The notes beneath the pieces were generated by a model, which was given only the letters and a program-made list of their open reading frames with translations, was not told where the DNA came from and ran no database searches. Shown piece after piece: positions 43,092 to 54,898 of a stretch of DNA of 64,000 bases. How positions within the stretch are numbered: position 1 is the stretch's first letter; every line of letters starts with the position of its first letter. A program made the translations under genes and the position numbers. The stretch covers positions 2,304,136 to 2,368,135 of the forward strand of contig JBJBDC010000001.1 of the NCBI GenBank assembly GCA_047285535.1, in the 5' to 3' direction. This DNA comes from Synechococcus sp. (GTDB taxonomy: Bacteria > Cyanobacteriota > Cyanobacteriia > PCC-6307 > Cyanobiaceae).

Positions 43092-44545
43092 GCATCACCT
43101 TGATCTCCGCGCTCCTTGCGCTGGTGGCTTATCTCCTGGCGTTGCTCTGGCTTGGTGCTCAGAGTCTCGGGGGTCAAACCAACAGCGCCGACTCCTATTT
43201 TCTGGCCGATCGGCGACTGCGTGCCGGTGTGCTGTTTTTCACGCTGATCGCCACTAATTTCAGCGCTTTCTTTTTTCTTGGCTTTGCCGGCGCGGGATAT
43301 CGAATCGGGATTGCGTACTACCCAATGATGGCGTTCGGAACAGGATTAGCAGCCTTCAGCTTCGGCAGCCTCGGCTGCCGGGTGCGCAAACTCAGCGCTC
43401 AACATGGCCTGATCACCCCGTCCGAATTGATCGGTCATTTCTTGCCTGGGGAAGGCCTGCGCCTCTTGGTGCTTGCGGTGATGGTGCTGTTCACCCTTCC
43501 CTATTTAGCTCTGCAACCTTTGGGTGCCGGTTACTTGTTGGAGAGCCTTACGGGAGGTGCGGTTCCTTTTGGCGTTGGAGCAACCCTGCTCACGGTCGTG
43601 ATTGTGCTCTATGTCGTAGGCGGCGGCATGCGAGCTGTGGCACGGACCGACGTGCTTCAGGGGGTCTTGATGTTCCTGCTGATGCTGATGGCCTTTGGGG
43701 CTGTAGCCAAAGGTGTCGGTGGCGTCGAGATGGCGAATCGTACGCTGTTCCAACAACGTCCAGACCTCTTCAGTACGGCTGGTCTTGGCGGGTTCTTTAC
43801 GCCGCGAATGATGGCGAGCTATTTGCTGCTCTGGCCTTTGTGTCTGCCGATGTTTCCGCAGATGCTGATGCGTTTCTTTGCCGCCGGGGATGACCGTTCG
43901 CTGAAGCAATCCATGGTGCTGTACCCAGTGGTGGCGGGGGTGTTGTTTATCTGCCCGGTCATGATCGGGATGTGGGGGCATCTGGCCTTCCCCGATCTGG
44001 TGGGTCGCGCCTCAGATCAGATCCTGCCGTTGATGCTTGGACGCTACAGCCCTGAGTGGTTAACGGGAATCGTGATGGTGGGGGCCTTGGCTGCGTTTAT
44101 GTCAACCCTGGACTCGCAGTTGTTGGCGCTGTCTTCGATGCTGACTCGCGACCTCTACACAAGATATTGGCGCCCGCAAGCTTCCTTGCCAGAGCAAGTG
44201 CGTGTCGGGCAGTTCGTGGTGATCGCCCTTGCGGTTGCTGGGCTGGTCATCGCCCTTCGGCCTCCGGATGCGATTCTTTCGCTTGCAACCCATGCGTTCT
44301 CCGGTTTGGCCTTGCTGTTCCCGATGCTGGTGGGGGCGGTCTATGGCCTGCGTTGGTCTGTCCTTGGGGCGATGTTGTCGGTGATCGGCGGCGAAGCCGT
44401 CCTGCTGGGTTTTGCAACGGGTGTGATTCCAGAGGGGTTCCAGGTTGGCTGTCTACCTTTGATTCCGGCACTGGTGGTGGCCTGCTCGATTTTGGTTGTG
44501 GATCAGCTCATTGATCGCTGGTCTTCGTCTTGCTTGCAGGCCTGA
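43088..44545 (+). CDS. Sodium:solute symporter (SSS) family permease
   Basis: YFLADR, ATNFSAFFFLG, GGMRAVARTDVLQG, AAFMSTLDSQLL; many hydrophobic segments. Confidence 0.93.
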   Translation: MSITLISALLALVAYLLALLWLGAQSLGGQTNSADSYFLADRRLRAGVLFFTLIATNFSAFFFLGFAGAGYRIGIAYYPMMAFGTGLAAFSFGSLGCRVRKLSAQHGLITPSELIGHFLPGEGLRLLVLAVMVLFTLPYLALQPLGAGYLLESLTGGAVPFGVGATLLTVVIVLYVVGGGMRAVARTDVLQGVLMFLLMLMAFGAVAKGVGGVEMANRTLFQQRPDLFSTAGLGGFFTPRMMASYLLLWPLCLPMFPQMLMRFFAAGDDRSLKQSMVLYPVVAGVLFICPVMIGMWGHLAFPDLVGRASDQILPLMLGRYSPEWLTGIVMVGALAAFMSTLDSQLLALSSMLTRDLYTRYWRPQASLPEQVRVGQFVVIALAVAGLVIALRPPDAILSLATHAFSGLALLFPMLVGAVYGLRWSVLGAMLSVIGGEAVLLGFATGVIPEGFQVGCLPLIPALVVACSILVVDQLIDRWSSSCLQA

Positions 44546-45032
44546 CTTTCGGGGACTGCAGCGAGATGGTGCGTCCGCCACCAGGAGCGTAATGAAGATC
44601 GAAGCGCCAGGCGTCAGGCAGGGCAAGGCTGAGTCGCTCCGGCCACTCCACCACGAGCAGGGCTCCTAATGCGCTTGCCTCTTCCTCCTCTTGCAGGAAG
44701 AGGTCGTCGGCTGCGACGGCTTGCTCGAGTCGGTAGAGGTCGAGATGGATCAGAGGTGGGGTGCCTTCGGGGTAGTGCTGCGCTAGCGCGAAGGTTGGGC
44801 TGGTGATCGGTTCTTGGATTCCTAGAGCTTCGGCTAGCCCTTGCACCAGAGAGGTTTTGCCTGCACCGAGTGGACCCTGTAAAAGCACAATGTCGAGGGG
44901 TTTAAGGCATGCCGCCAACATCCGACCAAGGTTTTTTGTGGCCTCGAGATCGTCAAGGCTCCTTGTTTCATCTGTAGATTGGCCGTCAAGGGAGCCCGAA
45001 GCCTCGGCGTCTCCGAAGTATTTATCGTTCAC
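44508..45032 (-). CDS. tsaE: tRNA t6A ATPase TsaE
   Basis: [23 protein letters not shown]. Confidence 0.95.
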   Translation of the reverse strand: MNDKYFGDAEASGSLDGQSTDETRSLDDLEATKNLGRMLAACLKPLDIVLLQGPLGAGKTSLVQGLAEALGIQEPITSPTFALAQHYPEGTPPLIHLDLYRLEQAVAADDLFLQEEEEASALGALLVVEWPERLSLALPDAWRFDLHYAPGGGRTISLQSPKVRPASKTKTSDQ

Positions 45033-45056
45033 ATCCTCCTCAGGGAGCTTTTCAAT

Positions 45057-46487
<1,431 letters not shown>

Positions 46488-46550
46488 TCCCTAGCTGCTG
46501 CTTGGTTCTGCTTGCTCCATGGAAGACTTGCGCGATCACTCGCTGTCTTC

Positions 46551-47210
46551 ATGGGGCTTTCTGAACTGATCACCCAGCTTCCAGAGCTGATCGGACAGGC
46601 TGTTGAGGCGAATCAATGGTTGGGCTATGGCGCTATTTTTTCGGCCATGTTTTTGGAAAATTTATTTCCCCCTATCCCCTCAGAGCTGATCATGCCTCTG
46701 GGGGGATTTTATGTGCAGCAAGGGCAACTGCAGTTCATCCCTGTCGTGCTGGCTGGTTTGATTGGAACTGTGCTTGGAGCGTTGCCTTGGTATGGCATCG
46801 GTCGCCTGATCAATGAAGAACGCATTGAGCAATGGCTGGAGCGGCATGGCCGCTGGATTGGTATTAGTCCCGAGGAGCTGGCCCGTAGTCGCCGTTGGTT
46901 CAGCCGCTACGGCACAGCTCTTGTGTTTTGGGGACGTTTAGTCCCAGGGATTCGAACTCTGATTTCGGTTCCTGCAGGGATCGAGCTGATGCCGATGGCG
47001 CCATTTTTAATCTGGACGACGGCAGGCAGCCTGATTTGGACTCTTCTGCTCACCATTGCTGGGATGGTTCTAGGTGAGGGCTACAGCAATGTTGAACTTT
47101 GGATTGAACCCGTTTCAAAAGTGATCAAAGTGGGCTTGGTCATTGCTGTGCTGGCCGCAGGGATTTGGCTGGGCCTTCGAATCTGGCGTCGCCGTCAGTC
47201 GTCCGATTAA
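46551..47210 (+). CDS. DedA family membrane protein
   Basis: ENLFPPIPSE, GRLVPGIRTLISVPAG. Confidence 0.93.
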   Translation: MGLSELITQLPELIGQAVEANQWLGYGAIFSAMFLENLFPPIPSELIMPLGGFYVQQGQLQFIPVVLAGLIGTVLGALPWYGIGRLINEERIEQWLERHGRWIGISPEELARSRRWFSRYGTALVFWGRLVPGIRTLISVPAGIELMPMAPFLIWTTAGSLIWTLLLTIAGMVLGEGYSNVELWIEPVSKVIKVGLVIAVLAAGIWLGLRIWRRRQSSD

Positions 47211-47272
47211 TCATGAGCGACCTTCGCTGGGCCTGCTCAACGCATGCAGCAGGTCGCTCCTGTTTCCCTGAT

Positions 47273-47653
47273 TTAAAAGGGGACCTCTTCGTCAGTAGGG
47301 CTACCCCCTCCGAAACCGCTGGATGCAGCTTCACTGTCCCGCTTGGATCCGAGCAGTTCGAGGCGATCCACCCGAACCACTGGCTTGCTGCGCTCCTCGC
47401 CGCTGTTGCGGTCTGTCCAGCGATCCAATTTGAAGCTGCCGATGATGCCCAGGAGAGAGCCTTTCTTGACGTAATCGGCTGCAACTTGAGCCTGTTTTCC
47501 CCAGATCTCAAGATTGAACCAGTCCGGTTCGTCGTCGCGACTGCGGCGATTCACGGCAATGGTGAGGTTGGCCACCATGCTTCCAGATTCGAAGTAGCGC
47601 ACTTCGGGGTCTCGGCCGGCCCGGCCGACAAGGGTTACGGAATTGACACCCAT
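47273..47653 (-). CDS. ssb: Single-stranded DNA-binding protein
   Basis: NSVTLVGRAGRDPE, C-terminal DEEVPF tail. Confidence 0.96.
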   Translation of the reverse strand: MGVNSVTLVGRAGRDPEVRYFESGSMVANLTIAVNRRSRDDEPDWFNLEIWGKQAQVAADYVKKGSLLGIIGSFKLDRWTDRNSGEERSKPVVRVDRLELLGSKRDSEAASSGFGGGSPTDEEVPF

Positions 47654-47788
47654 AAAAGGTCCTGCTGTGTGGATTAATGATGCGCCACGGTTGTGGTGGC
47701 TGCTTTTAAGGAGTTCCACCCTCCTTGCCGGATGTATCAGTCAGTGCATGACAACACCCCTAAGATTCGTCATCTTGTGCGACAGCCA

Positions 47789-48841
47789 GTGCTCTTCCGT
47801 CGATTTCAGCTTTCCCGCGACATCGGTATCGACCTCGGCACGGCCAATACTCTGATTTATGTCTCCGGAAAGGGGATTGTGTTGCAAGAGCCTTCAGTGG
47901 TGGCCATTGATTTGGAGAAAGGGGTGCCCTTGGCTGTCGGCGATGAGGCGAAGTTGATGCTGGGTCGTACTCCCGGCAACATTCGCGCCGTCCGCCCACT
48001 TCGTGATGGCGTCATTGCCGATTTTGATGCAGCTGAGCAGATGCTCAAAAGTTTTATTCAGAAAGGAAATGAGGGTCGAGGGATCGTTGCCCCCAGATTG
48101 GTGGTGGGGATCCCTAGTGGGGTTACGGGAGTGGAGCGCCGTGCGGTGCGTGAGGCAGGTCTAGCCGGTGCCAGAGAAGTCCATCTGATTGATGAACCCG
48201 TGGCGGCAGCGATCGGTGCGGGTTTGCCCGTTACGGAACCCGTTGGCACAATGATTGTTGATATCGGAGGTGGCACCACCGAAGTGGCGGTGCTCAGCCT
48301 TGGCGGGACGGTTCTAAGTGAATCAGTCCGGGTTGCAGGTGATGAGATCAGTGATTCCATCGGTGTCCATCTCAAAAAGGTTCACAACCTGGTGGTGGGA
48401 GAGCGCACAGCCGAAGACATCAAGATTCGAATTGGCTCTGCATTTCCCGACAATGACTTTGACCAGACCGTGATGGATGTGCGGGGTCTTCACCTGTTAT
48501 CTGGCCTGCCGCGTACGATTCAACTTCAGGCTGGCGACTTACGAGAGGCGATTGCCGAGCCTCTCAATGTGATTGTGGAGGCGGTGAAGCGAACGCTCGA
48601 ACGCACCCCTCCTGAGCTGGCCGCAGATATCGTGGATCGCGGCATCATGCTCGCTGGTGGTGGGGCCTTGGTGCGTGGTATCAGCGACTTGATCAGTCAT
48701 GAAACTGGGATTTTCACCCACGTGGCTGAGGATCCTTTGCTGTGTGTGGTGAATGGCTGCGGTCAGGTGCTGGAGGACTACAAGCGCTTGCAGCGTGTGC
48801 TCGATACTCCTGAATTTGTTCGCTCTGCGTCGAGCCTCTAA
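47789..48841 (+). CDS. mreB: Rod shape-determining protein MreB
   Basis: GIDLGTANT, DIGGGTTE, LAGGGAL. Confidence 0.98.
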   Translation: MLFRRFQLSRDIGIDLGTANTLIYVSGKGIVLQEPSVVAIDLEKGVPLAVGDEAKLMLGRTPGNIRAVRPLRDGVIADFDAAEQMLKSFIQKGNEGRGIVAPRLVVGIPSGVTGVERRAVREAGLAGAREVHLIDEPVAAAIGAGLPVTEPVGTMIVDIGGGTTEVAVLSLGGTVLSESVRVAGDEISDSIGVHLKKVHNLVVGERTAEDIKIRIGSAFPDNDFDQTVMDVRGLHLLSGLPRTIQLQAGDLREAIAEPLNVIVEAVKRTLERTPPELAADIVDRGIMLAGGGALVRGISDLISHETGIFTHVAEDPLLCVVNGCGQVLEDYKRLQRVLDTPEFVRSASSL

Positions 48842-48846
48842 TTTCG

Positions 48847-49590
48847 ATGGGCTTCTCGCCGTGGCCTCAGGGAACCCAATCCCGGAGCCTCAAACGAATC
48901 TGGCCTTGGCTTGCTCTTCTTGGAGTCTTAGGGATCGTGCGTTGGAGCAAAGGCGCCGGTTTTGCTGATGCGTATGCCTTGCTCAGTCGTCCCTTTTGGC
49001 CTGGTCCGGCTCAGAAAGAGTGGATCCAGTCTGCTCAGCAGACAGATGATGCATCTCGTCTGCAATTGCTTGAGGCTGACAATGCCCGTCTCAGGGATTT
49101 GCTTTCGTTAGATCGGCAAGGAGCCAGCAGTGCGATTTCTGCAGCTGTGATCTCTCGGACGCCTGAGGGCTGGTGGCAGCAGATTGTTTTAGGCAAAGGT
49201 TTGCTGGATGGAATCACAAAAGATGATGCGGTGATCGGACCCGGTGGATTGATTGGCCGCGTTCAAAGTGTGACGCCGGCCACAAGCTTGGTGCGCTTAC
49301 TCACAGCTCCTGGAAGTCGGGTCGGAGTTTGGGTGCCGCGTACCCGTCAGCATGCATTGCTGGTGGGAATGGGAACAGCCCGGCCTCAATTGGAATTTCT
49401 TGATAAAGACGTGCAGGTGCGTCCTGGAGATTTGGTCAGCACCTCACCCGCCAGCACGTTGTTGCCGGCCAATATCCCAGTGGCCGTTGTGCAGTCCTTG
49501 AATCCCAGAGGCGTGCCGGCGCCCACGGCTCTTGTGCAGTTGATTGCACAACCGGATGCAATCGACTGGGTTCAGGTCAGTAGACGCTGA
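48847..49590 (+). CDS. mreC: Rod shape-determining protein MreC
   Basis: TM segment, coiled coil LEADNARLRDLL, GLIGRV; follows mreB. Confidence 0.92.
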   Translation: MGFSPWPQGTQSRSLKRIWPWLALLGVLGIVRWSKGAGFADAYALLSRPFWPGPAQKEWIQSAQQTDDASRLQLLEADNARLRDLLSLDRQGASSAISAAVISRTPEGWWQQIVLGKGLLDGITKDDAVIGPGGLIGRVQSVTPATSLVRLLTAPGSRVGVWVPRTRQHALLVGMGTARPQLEFLDKDVQVRPGDLVSTSPASTLLPANIPVAVVQSLNPRGVPAPTALVQLIAQPDAIDWVQVSRR

Positions 49591-49593
49591 TCC

Positions 49594-50097
49594 ATGGCTC
49601 GTCTTCATCGTCAACCGCTTTGTGTTGCCTCTGGATTATTGGTGCCTTTGATTCACTTTGCGGCGCCGTCATGGCTGACCCTCGGTGGAATCCCTCCCAG
49701 CTGGGCTGTGTTGTGGTTACTGCCCTGGTCCTTGATTGATGGACCGGTGTCAGGTGTGATCGCTGGTGCCTCAATGGGATTGGTCCTGGATGGTCTAAGC
49801 GTTGGCGATGCCAGTCAGGTGCCGATTTTGATGTTGTTGGGTTGGTGGTGGGGATGGCTCGGACGCCGAGGTCGGCCAATTCAACGCAGCTTCAATCTTG
49901 GTCTGCTCGCTTGGATCGGCACGATGCTGCTTGGGTTCAGTCTTTGGGTTCAGCTGTTGATTCAGGGTATGGATGCACCTCTGGCCCAAGCCTTTGCGTT
50001 GCATACCTGTTTGGCTCAAGGACTGCTGACAGGCCTCTTGGCCCCGATGATTGTGTCTTGGCAACTTCTGATCTGGCGACGGCGCATTCCCGCATGA
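49594..50097 (+). CDS. mreD: Rod shape-determining protein MreD
   Basis: Hydrophobic, G..MGLVLDGL motif; follows mreC. Confidence 0.85.
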   Translation: MARLHRQPLCVASGLLVPLIHFAAPSWLTLGGIPPSWAVLWLLPWSLIDGPVSGVIAGASMGLVLDGLSVGDASQVPILMLLGWWWGWLGRRGRPIQRSFNLGLLAWIGTMLLGFSLWVQLLIQGMDAPLAQAFALHTCLAQGLLTGLLAPMIVSWQLLIWRRRIPA

Positions 50098-51401
50098 TTC
50101 AGCACACTTCCCATCCCCGTCGATGGCTTGCCCTTGCGTTGGTCGGCACTTCGTTGCTGATCGGAGGATGCAGGCGTGCCGCATCTCCAGAGGAAGCGCT
50201 CCAGCTCTGGACACTGCAATTGGCACCAAAATTCAACACTTATATGGAGAAGGTGATTGATGGTTGGGATCGAGACCATCCCGATGCTCCGGTGCGCTGG
50301 ACAGACTTGCCCTGGGGTTCTGTGGAGCGGAAGCTCCTGGCAGCTGTCTTTGCTCGCACTGCTCCGGATGTGGTGAATCTCAATCCCCCGTTTGCAGCCA
50401 ATTTGGCAAGTAAGGGGGGGTTGACTGATCTCACACCGCTGCTCCCTCCCAAGGCCGCAAAGCGCTATTTACCGTCGGTTTGGAATGCAGCAAGTGATCC
50501 GAAGGCTGGGCAGATCGCGGTGCCTTGGTATCTCACGGTCCGCCTCAGTTTGGTGAACCAGGACCTGCTTCAAAAAGCCGGCCTAACCTCTCCTCCCCGT
50601 CGTTGGGAGGACATTCCTGACTATGCCCGTCGCATCCGTCAGAGCACGGGCCGGTATGGCTTGTTCGTCACGGCTGTGCCCGACGATTCAGCGGAATTGC
50701 TCGAGTCGATGGTGCAGATGGGTGTCACGTTGCTGGATGCGCGTCAGCGAGCTGGATTCAACACATCGGAGGGTCGTAAAGCATTTGCGTTCTGGACTGA
50801 TTTGTATCGGGAGGGGCTTCTCCCAAGGGAGGTGGTGAGTCAGGGACAGCGTCGAGCTATTGAGCTGTACCAAAGTGGCGAGTTGGCGTTGCTGGCTAGT
50901 GGCGCCGAATTTTTACGCAGTATCCAGACCAATGCACCTGGAGTGGCTGCGGTGACCTCCCCCGAACCACCACTCACCGGTCGCGATGGCACGGCCAATG
51001 TGGCCTTAATGACTCTGGCGGTTCCTCGCCAGAGCCAGCGACCTAGAGAGGCGTTGTCGTTTGCGCTTGACCTCACCAACGGTCGGAACCAAGCTCAGTT
51101 TGCGCGAGAGGCCAGGGTCTTGCCTTCTTCCCTTGAGGCTCTCCAGACAGTGCTCGCTGAACTTGAGGCAGAACGCCCGAAGACTCCCCAGGACGCTCAA
51201 ATTCGAGAGGCCAGGCTTCTGTCTGCCAAGACGCTTGCAGGTGCAAGAGTCCTTGTGCCTGCAACGCCTGGGGTGAAGCGTCTCCAAAGCATTGTTTATA
51301 CGCAGCTACAGCGAGCCATGCTGGGCCAAATCAGCAGTGATGAAGCGGTGAGGATTGCAGCCGAGCAGTGGAATCGATACTCGGAAGCTCGATGGCCGTA
51401 A
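50094..51401 (+). CDS. ABC transporter sugar-type substrate-binding lipoprotein
   Basis: Lipobox-like IGGC, APDVVNLNP, AVPWY. Confidence 0.85.
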   Translation: MIQHTSHPRRWLALALVGTSLLIGGCRRAASPEEALQLWTLQLAPKFNTYMEKVIDGWDRDHPDAPVRWTDLPWGSVERKLLAAVFARTAPDVVNLNPPFAANLASKGGLTDLTPLLPPKAAKRYLPSVWNAASDPKAGQIAVPWYLTVRLSLVNQDLLQKAGLTSPPRRWEDIPDYARRIRQSTGRYGLFVTAVPDDSAELLESMVQMGVTLLDARQRAGFNTSEGRKAFAFWTDLYREGLLPREVVSQGQRRAIELYQSGELALLASGAEFLRSIQTNAPGVAAVTSPEPPLTGRDGTANVALMTLAVPRQSQRPREALSFALDLTNGRNQAQFAREARVLPSSLEALQTVLAELEAERPKTPQDAQIREARLLSAKTLAGARVLVPATPGVKRLQSIVYTQLQRAMLGQISSDEAVRIAAEQWNRYSEARWP

Positions 51402-51524
51402 TGGATCAAGCCTGAATGTTGTTAAAAACATGAAAACAATCGAAAACCTGAGTGAGCAGAGCTTTGGATTCCACGGGCTGTTCACACTGAGCAGTAGAGT
51501 TGCTTGTCTTCATATTGTCTTGCG

Positions 51525-52292
51525 ATGCCCACAGATGGGCCTTCCATAAAAGGAACCATTCTTGTGGTTGACGATGAGCCCGCGGTGCTGCGGGTCTTGT
51601 TGACGCGTCTGCGTTTAGCTGGATATCACGTTGTTTCCGCCGAAGACGGAGAACAAGCGCTGGAAGTGTTTCACAACGAATCCCCTGATTTGGTGGTTCT
51701 TGATGTGATGCTCCCCAAGATGGATGGATTCGCGGTTTGCCGGCGTCTCAGGGCTGAATCCTGCGTTCCGATCATTTTCCTTTCCGCCTTGGAATCCATT
51801 TCTGAGCGAGTAGCGGGTCTTGATCTTGGAGCTGACGACTATCTTCCAAAACCATTCAGTCCCAAGGAGCTGGAAGCTCGCATCTCCACAATCTTGCGTC
51901 GGGTCGGTTCTGGATCAGCCACCGTTGAACCTCGTGAGATCCCTAGTGGGCAAGGTGTGATGCGCGTTGGAGATTTGGTGGTGGACACCAATCGCAGGCA
52001 AGTCTCTCGAGGAACCGAACGGATTGCCTTGACGTATACGGAATTCAGCCTTCTTGAGTTGTTATTTCGTGAGCCAGGTCACGTCGTTCCACGGGCTGAA
52101 ATTCTGGAACAGCTCTGGGGATATCCACCTCGTCGTGCTGCTGATCTCCGCGTTGTTGACGTTTACGTTGCAAGATTGCGCGGAAAGCTCGAACCAGATC
52201 CACGGAATCCAGAGCTGATTCTCACCGTGAGAGGGATTGGCTATGCCTCCCAACGAATGGCCGAAGCCACTGGTACGCCAGCAGCGGTTTAA
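51525..52292 (+). CDS. srrA: OmpR-family response regulator, RpaB paralogue (SrrA-like)
   Basis: VVDDE, LDVMLP, KPFSPKELEARI, RVVDVYVARLR, TVRGIGY; diverged from canonical RpaB and adjacent to lysS. Confidence 0.7.
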   Translation: MPTDGPSIKGTILVVDDEPAVLRVLLTRLRLAGYHVVSAEDGEQALEVFHNESPDLVVLDVMLPKMDGFAVCRRLRAESCVPIIFLSALESISERVAGLDLGADDYLPKPFSPKELEARISTILRRVGSGSATVEPREIPSGQGVMRVGDLVVDTNRRQVSRGTERIALTYTEFSLLELLFREPGHVVPRAEILEQLWGYPPRRAADLRVVDVYVARLRGKLEPDPRNPELILTVRGIGYASQRMAEATGTPAAV

Positions 52293-52363
52293 TGAATTCA
52301 GTGAGATGAAGTCGCTTCCGGTCCCGTCACGGGTGAGGATGGCGCCCGACTGCTTCTTCTCTC

Positions 52364-53833
52364 GTGTCTGAACTTCGTGAGACCCGCTTAGAGAAGGCGA
52401 ATGCTCTCAAAGAACAGGGGCAAGAGCCTTATGCACTGCGTTTTGAGCTTTCGAATCGAATGGCTTGCTTGCAAGCCGATCATGCCGATCTCCCCAACGG
52501 AACCGAGCGCGATTTAAAGGTGTCGGTTGCTGGTCGGGTGATGACGCGCCGAGTCATGGGAAAGCTCGCTTTCTTCACGCTGGCGGATGAGACAGGAACC
52601 ATTCAGTTGTTTCTGGAAAAAGCAACGTTGGGAGACAGCTTTGCTCAGCTCAGTTCTCTTGTGGATGCAGGGGATCTCATCGGAGTGCAGGGGATTTTGC
52701 GCCGCACTGATCGGGGTGAATTGTCTGTGAAGGTGAGCGCATGGCAGATGCTCACTAAGTCGCTGCAGCCTCTCCCTGACAAATGGCATGGCCTCGCGGA
52801 TGTGGAGAAGCGCTATCGCCAGCGCTATCTCGATTTGATCGTTACTCCCCAGTCCCGAGAGACGTTTCGGCGGCGGGCGATGACCGTCAGTGCAATTCGC
52901 CGTTGGTTGGATGAACGTGAATTTTTAGAGATTGAGACACCGGTACTCCAGTCGGAAGCCGGAGGGGCTGAGGCTCGACCGTTTGTTACTCATCACAACA
53001 CGCTTGATCTGCCTCTCTACCTCAGGATTGCCACAGAACTCCACCTCAAGCGATTGGTGGTGGGTGGGTTTGAGCGGGTGTACGAGCTCGGACGGATTTT
53101 CCGCAACGAAGGGGTGAGCACACGCCACAACCCTGAATTCACGTCGGTTGAGATCTATCAGGCCTATGCCGACTACACCGACATGATGACGCTCACTGAA
53201 CAGCTGATTTGTTCGGTTTGTCAGCAGGTCTGCGGCACTACACGCATTCGCTATCAAGGAGCGGAAGTGGATCTGACGCCGCCCTGGAGACGCGCCACGA
53301 TGCATGAACTGGTGCAAGAGGCCACTGGGTTTGATTTCAGCTCTTTTGGCGAGCGTGAGGCGGCTGCAGGTGCCATGCAGGCAGCGGGTCTTCCTACGCC
53401 GGATAAGGCCGATACGGTTGGACGGCTTTTGAACGAAGCGTTTGAGCACGCGGTGGAACCGAATCTGATCCAGCCCACGTTTGTGCTCGATTACCCCAAG
53501 GAGATTTCACCCCTGGCGCGTCAACACCGCAGCAAACCCGGATTGGTGGAACGGTTTGAACTGTTCATTGTTGGTCGAGAAACCGCCAATGCTTTCAGCG
53601 AGCTGACGGATCCTTTGGATCAAAGGAGTCGGCTGGAGCTCCAGCAGGAACGTCGTGCAGCTGGAGATGTGGAAGCTAATGGTGTGGATGAGGATTTCAT
53701 TCAGGCCCTGGAGGTAGGGATGCCTCCCACCGGTGGGCTTGGTATCGGGATTGATCGATTGGTGATGCTGCTTACCGACAGCCCTTCCATTCGGGATGTG
53801 ATCGCCTTTCCACTTTTGCGGCCAGAGGGGTGA
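52364..53833 (+). CDS. lysS: Lysine--tRNA ligase (class II)
   Basis: [34 protein letters not shown]. Confidence 0.99.
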   Translation: MSELRETRLEKANALKEQGQEPYALRFELSNRMACLQADHADLPNGTERDLKVSVAGRVMTRRVMGKLAFFTLADETGTIQLFLEKATLGDSFAQLSSLVDAGDLIGVQGILRRTDRGELSVKVSAWQMLTKSLQPLPDKWHGLADVEKRYRQRYLDLIVTPQSRETFRRRAMTVSAIRRWLDEREFLEIETPVLQSEAGGAEARPFVTHHNTLDLPLYLRIATELHLKRLVVGGFERVYELGRIFRNEGVSTRHNPEFTSVEIYQAYADYTDMMTLTEQLICSVCQQVCGTTRIRYQGAEVDLTPPWRRATMHELVQEATGFDFSSFGEREAAAGAMQAAGLPTPDKADTVGRLLNEAFEHAVEPNLIQPTFVLDYPKEISPLARQHRSKPGLVERFELFIVGRETANAFSELTDPLDQRSRLELQQERRAAGDVEANGVDEDFIQALEVGMPPTGGLGIGIDRLVMLLTDSPSIRDVIAFPLLRPEG

Positions 53834-53877
53834 TCCGTCAGAATGGATAATTAAACCAGTGGCAGGATCCAATTCTC

Positions 53878-54141
53878 ATGAGTGGTGAGCGCGTAGGTTT
53901 CCGCTTCAAGCACACCGATGCGGTGGTCAAGCGCAATCCGCAGGGTAGATCCCGTCGCGGATGGGTGATGGAGCCGGTGGAGCAGACCACGAGCAGAGGC
54001 ACAAAGATGCCCGCTTACCGAATCCGCTGGCGTGACAGTGAGCGTCCTGAGATTGTCTTGCAGCACATGCTGATCGCTGATCCAGACCCCACACCTCCGC
54101 CTGAAAACGTCAGCCTTGAGCCTCCTGCTCCAAAGGCCTGA
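53878..54141 (+). CDS. Conserved hypothetical protein (picocyanobacterial)
   Basis: 87-aa ORF with ATG filling the intergenic space; YRIRWRDSERPE. Confidence 0.7.
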   Translation: MSGERVGFRFKHTDAVVKRNPQGRSRRGWVMEPVEQTTSRGTKMPAYRIRWRDSERPEIVLQHMLIADPDPTPPPENVSLEPPAPKA

Positions 54142-54157
54142 TGGCTCGCAAGCTCAA

Positions 54158-54643
54158 TTAGTTGAGGCCTGTCTTGCGTCTTAGCTCTTCGAGTTCTTGC
54201 TTGGCTTCGAACAGCGCCCAATCTTCATCAAGGGTTCGTTTTGATGAAGATCGTTGTTCTTGCTTTTGAAGGTTTTGTAGCTGCTGTTCGAGTTCGTCGA
54301 ACTGAATGCCAAGGGCCTCGAACTCTTCCCAGAGTTCACGACCTTGCTGCATCAGAGCCTCAACATGCTGTTGAGCACGGTTTGCCAGTTCAAAAGCGCC
54401 GGCAGAGTGTGCCTTGAGACCACGATTCCTCCAGGCTTGCACCTGTTCGGCAAGCGTGAGCAACTGTCGGCGCAATTCGCGCGCGCGGACCTGTTGTTGC
54501 TCTCGACGATTGTTCAGATCTCGTTGGCGGTCTTGTAAATGCTGCTCGCGCAACAGTTTCTCTTGGCTCGGATTGCTTTTGAGAAAGTGTTCCAGCCGTT
54601 CTTCCAGACTGCGTTCCAGGTTGTCCAGCCAGGTGGGACTCAT
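54158..54643 (-). CDS. Hercynine metabolism protein (coiled-coil, PspA-related)
   Basis: LERSLEERLEHFLKSNP, long heptad region, WALFE..ELEELRR; in operon with egtBD. Confidence 0.8.
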   Translation of the reverse strand: MSPTWLDNLERSLEERLEHFLKSNPSQEKLLREQHLQDRQRDLNNRREQQQVRARELRRQLLTLAEQVQAWRNRGLKAHSAGAFELANRAQQHVEALMQQGRELWEEFEALGIQFDELEQQLQNLQKQEQRSSSKRTLDEDWALFEAKQELEELRRKTGLN

Positions 54644-54873
54644 GGGATTTGGTCGGGTGCGCGCGTGATCAGTGGGGCTTCGATTTCCAGCTCAAGAGGA
54701 CTGATGGCGCCCTCTCTTGAACGCAGCAACAGCTGCGTGAGGCGGGCCATTGAGCCTTCGCCAAGTTCTTGTGTCCCCAGGCGATCAAAGGCGTTGCGGT
54801 AGACCTTTTCCAGCTCTTCCATCAAGGTTTCTCGTTGCCTACGGACCGTGGCCCGTTGTTCTTCACGACTCAT
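54640..54873 (-). CDS. Hercynine metabolism small protein
   Basis: 77 aa, ARLTQLLLRSREGAI; directly downstream of egtD. Confidence 0.8.
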   Translation of the reverse strand: MSREEQRATVRRQRETLMEELEKVYRNAFDRLGTQELGEGSMARLTQLLLRSREGAISPLELEIEAPLITRAPDQIP

Positions 54874-54898
54874 GGCAGCAGGGATGAAGGTCTGGATC

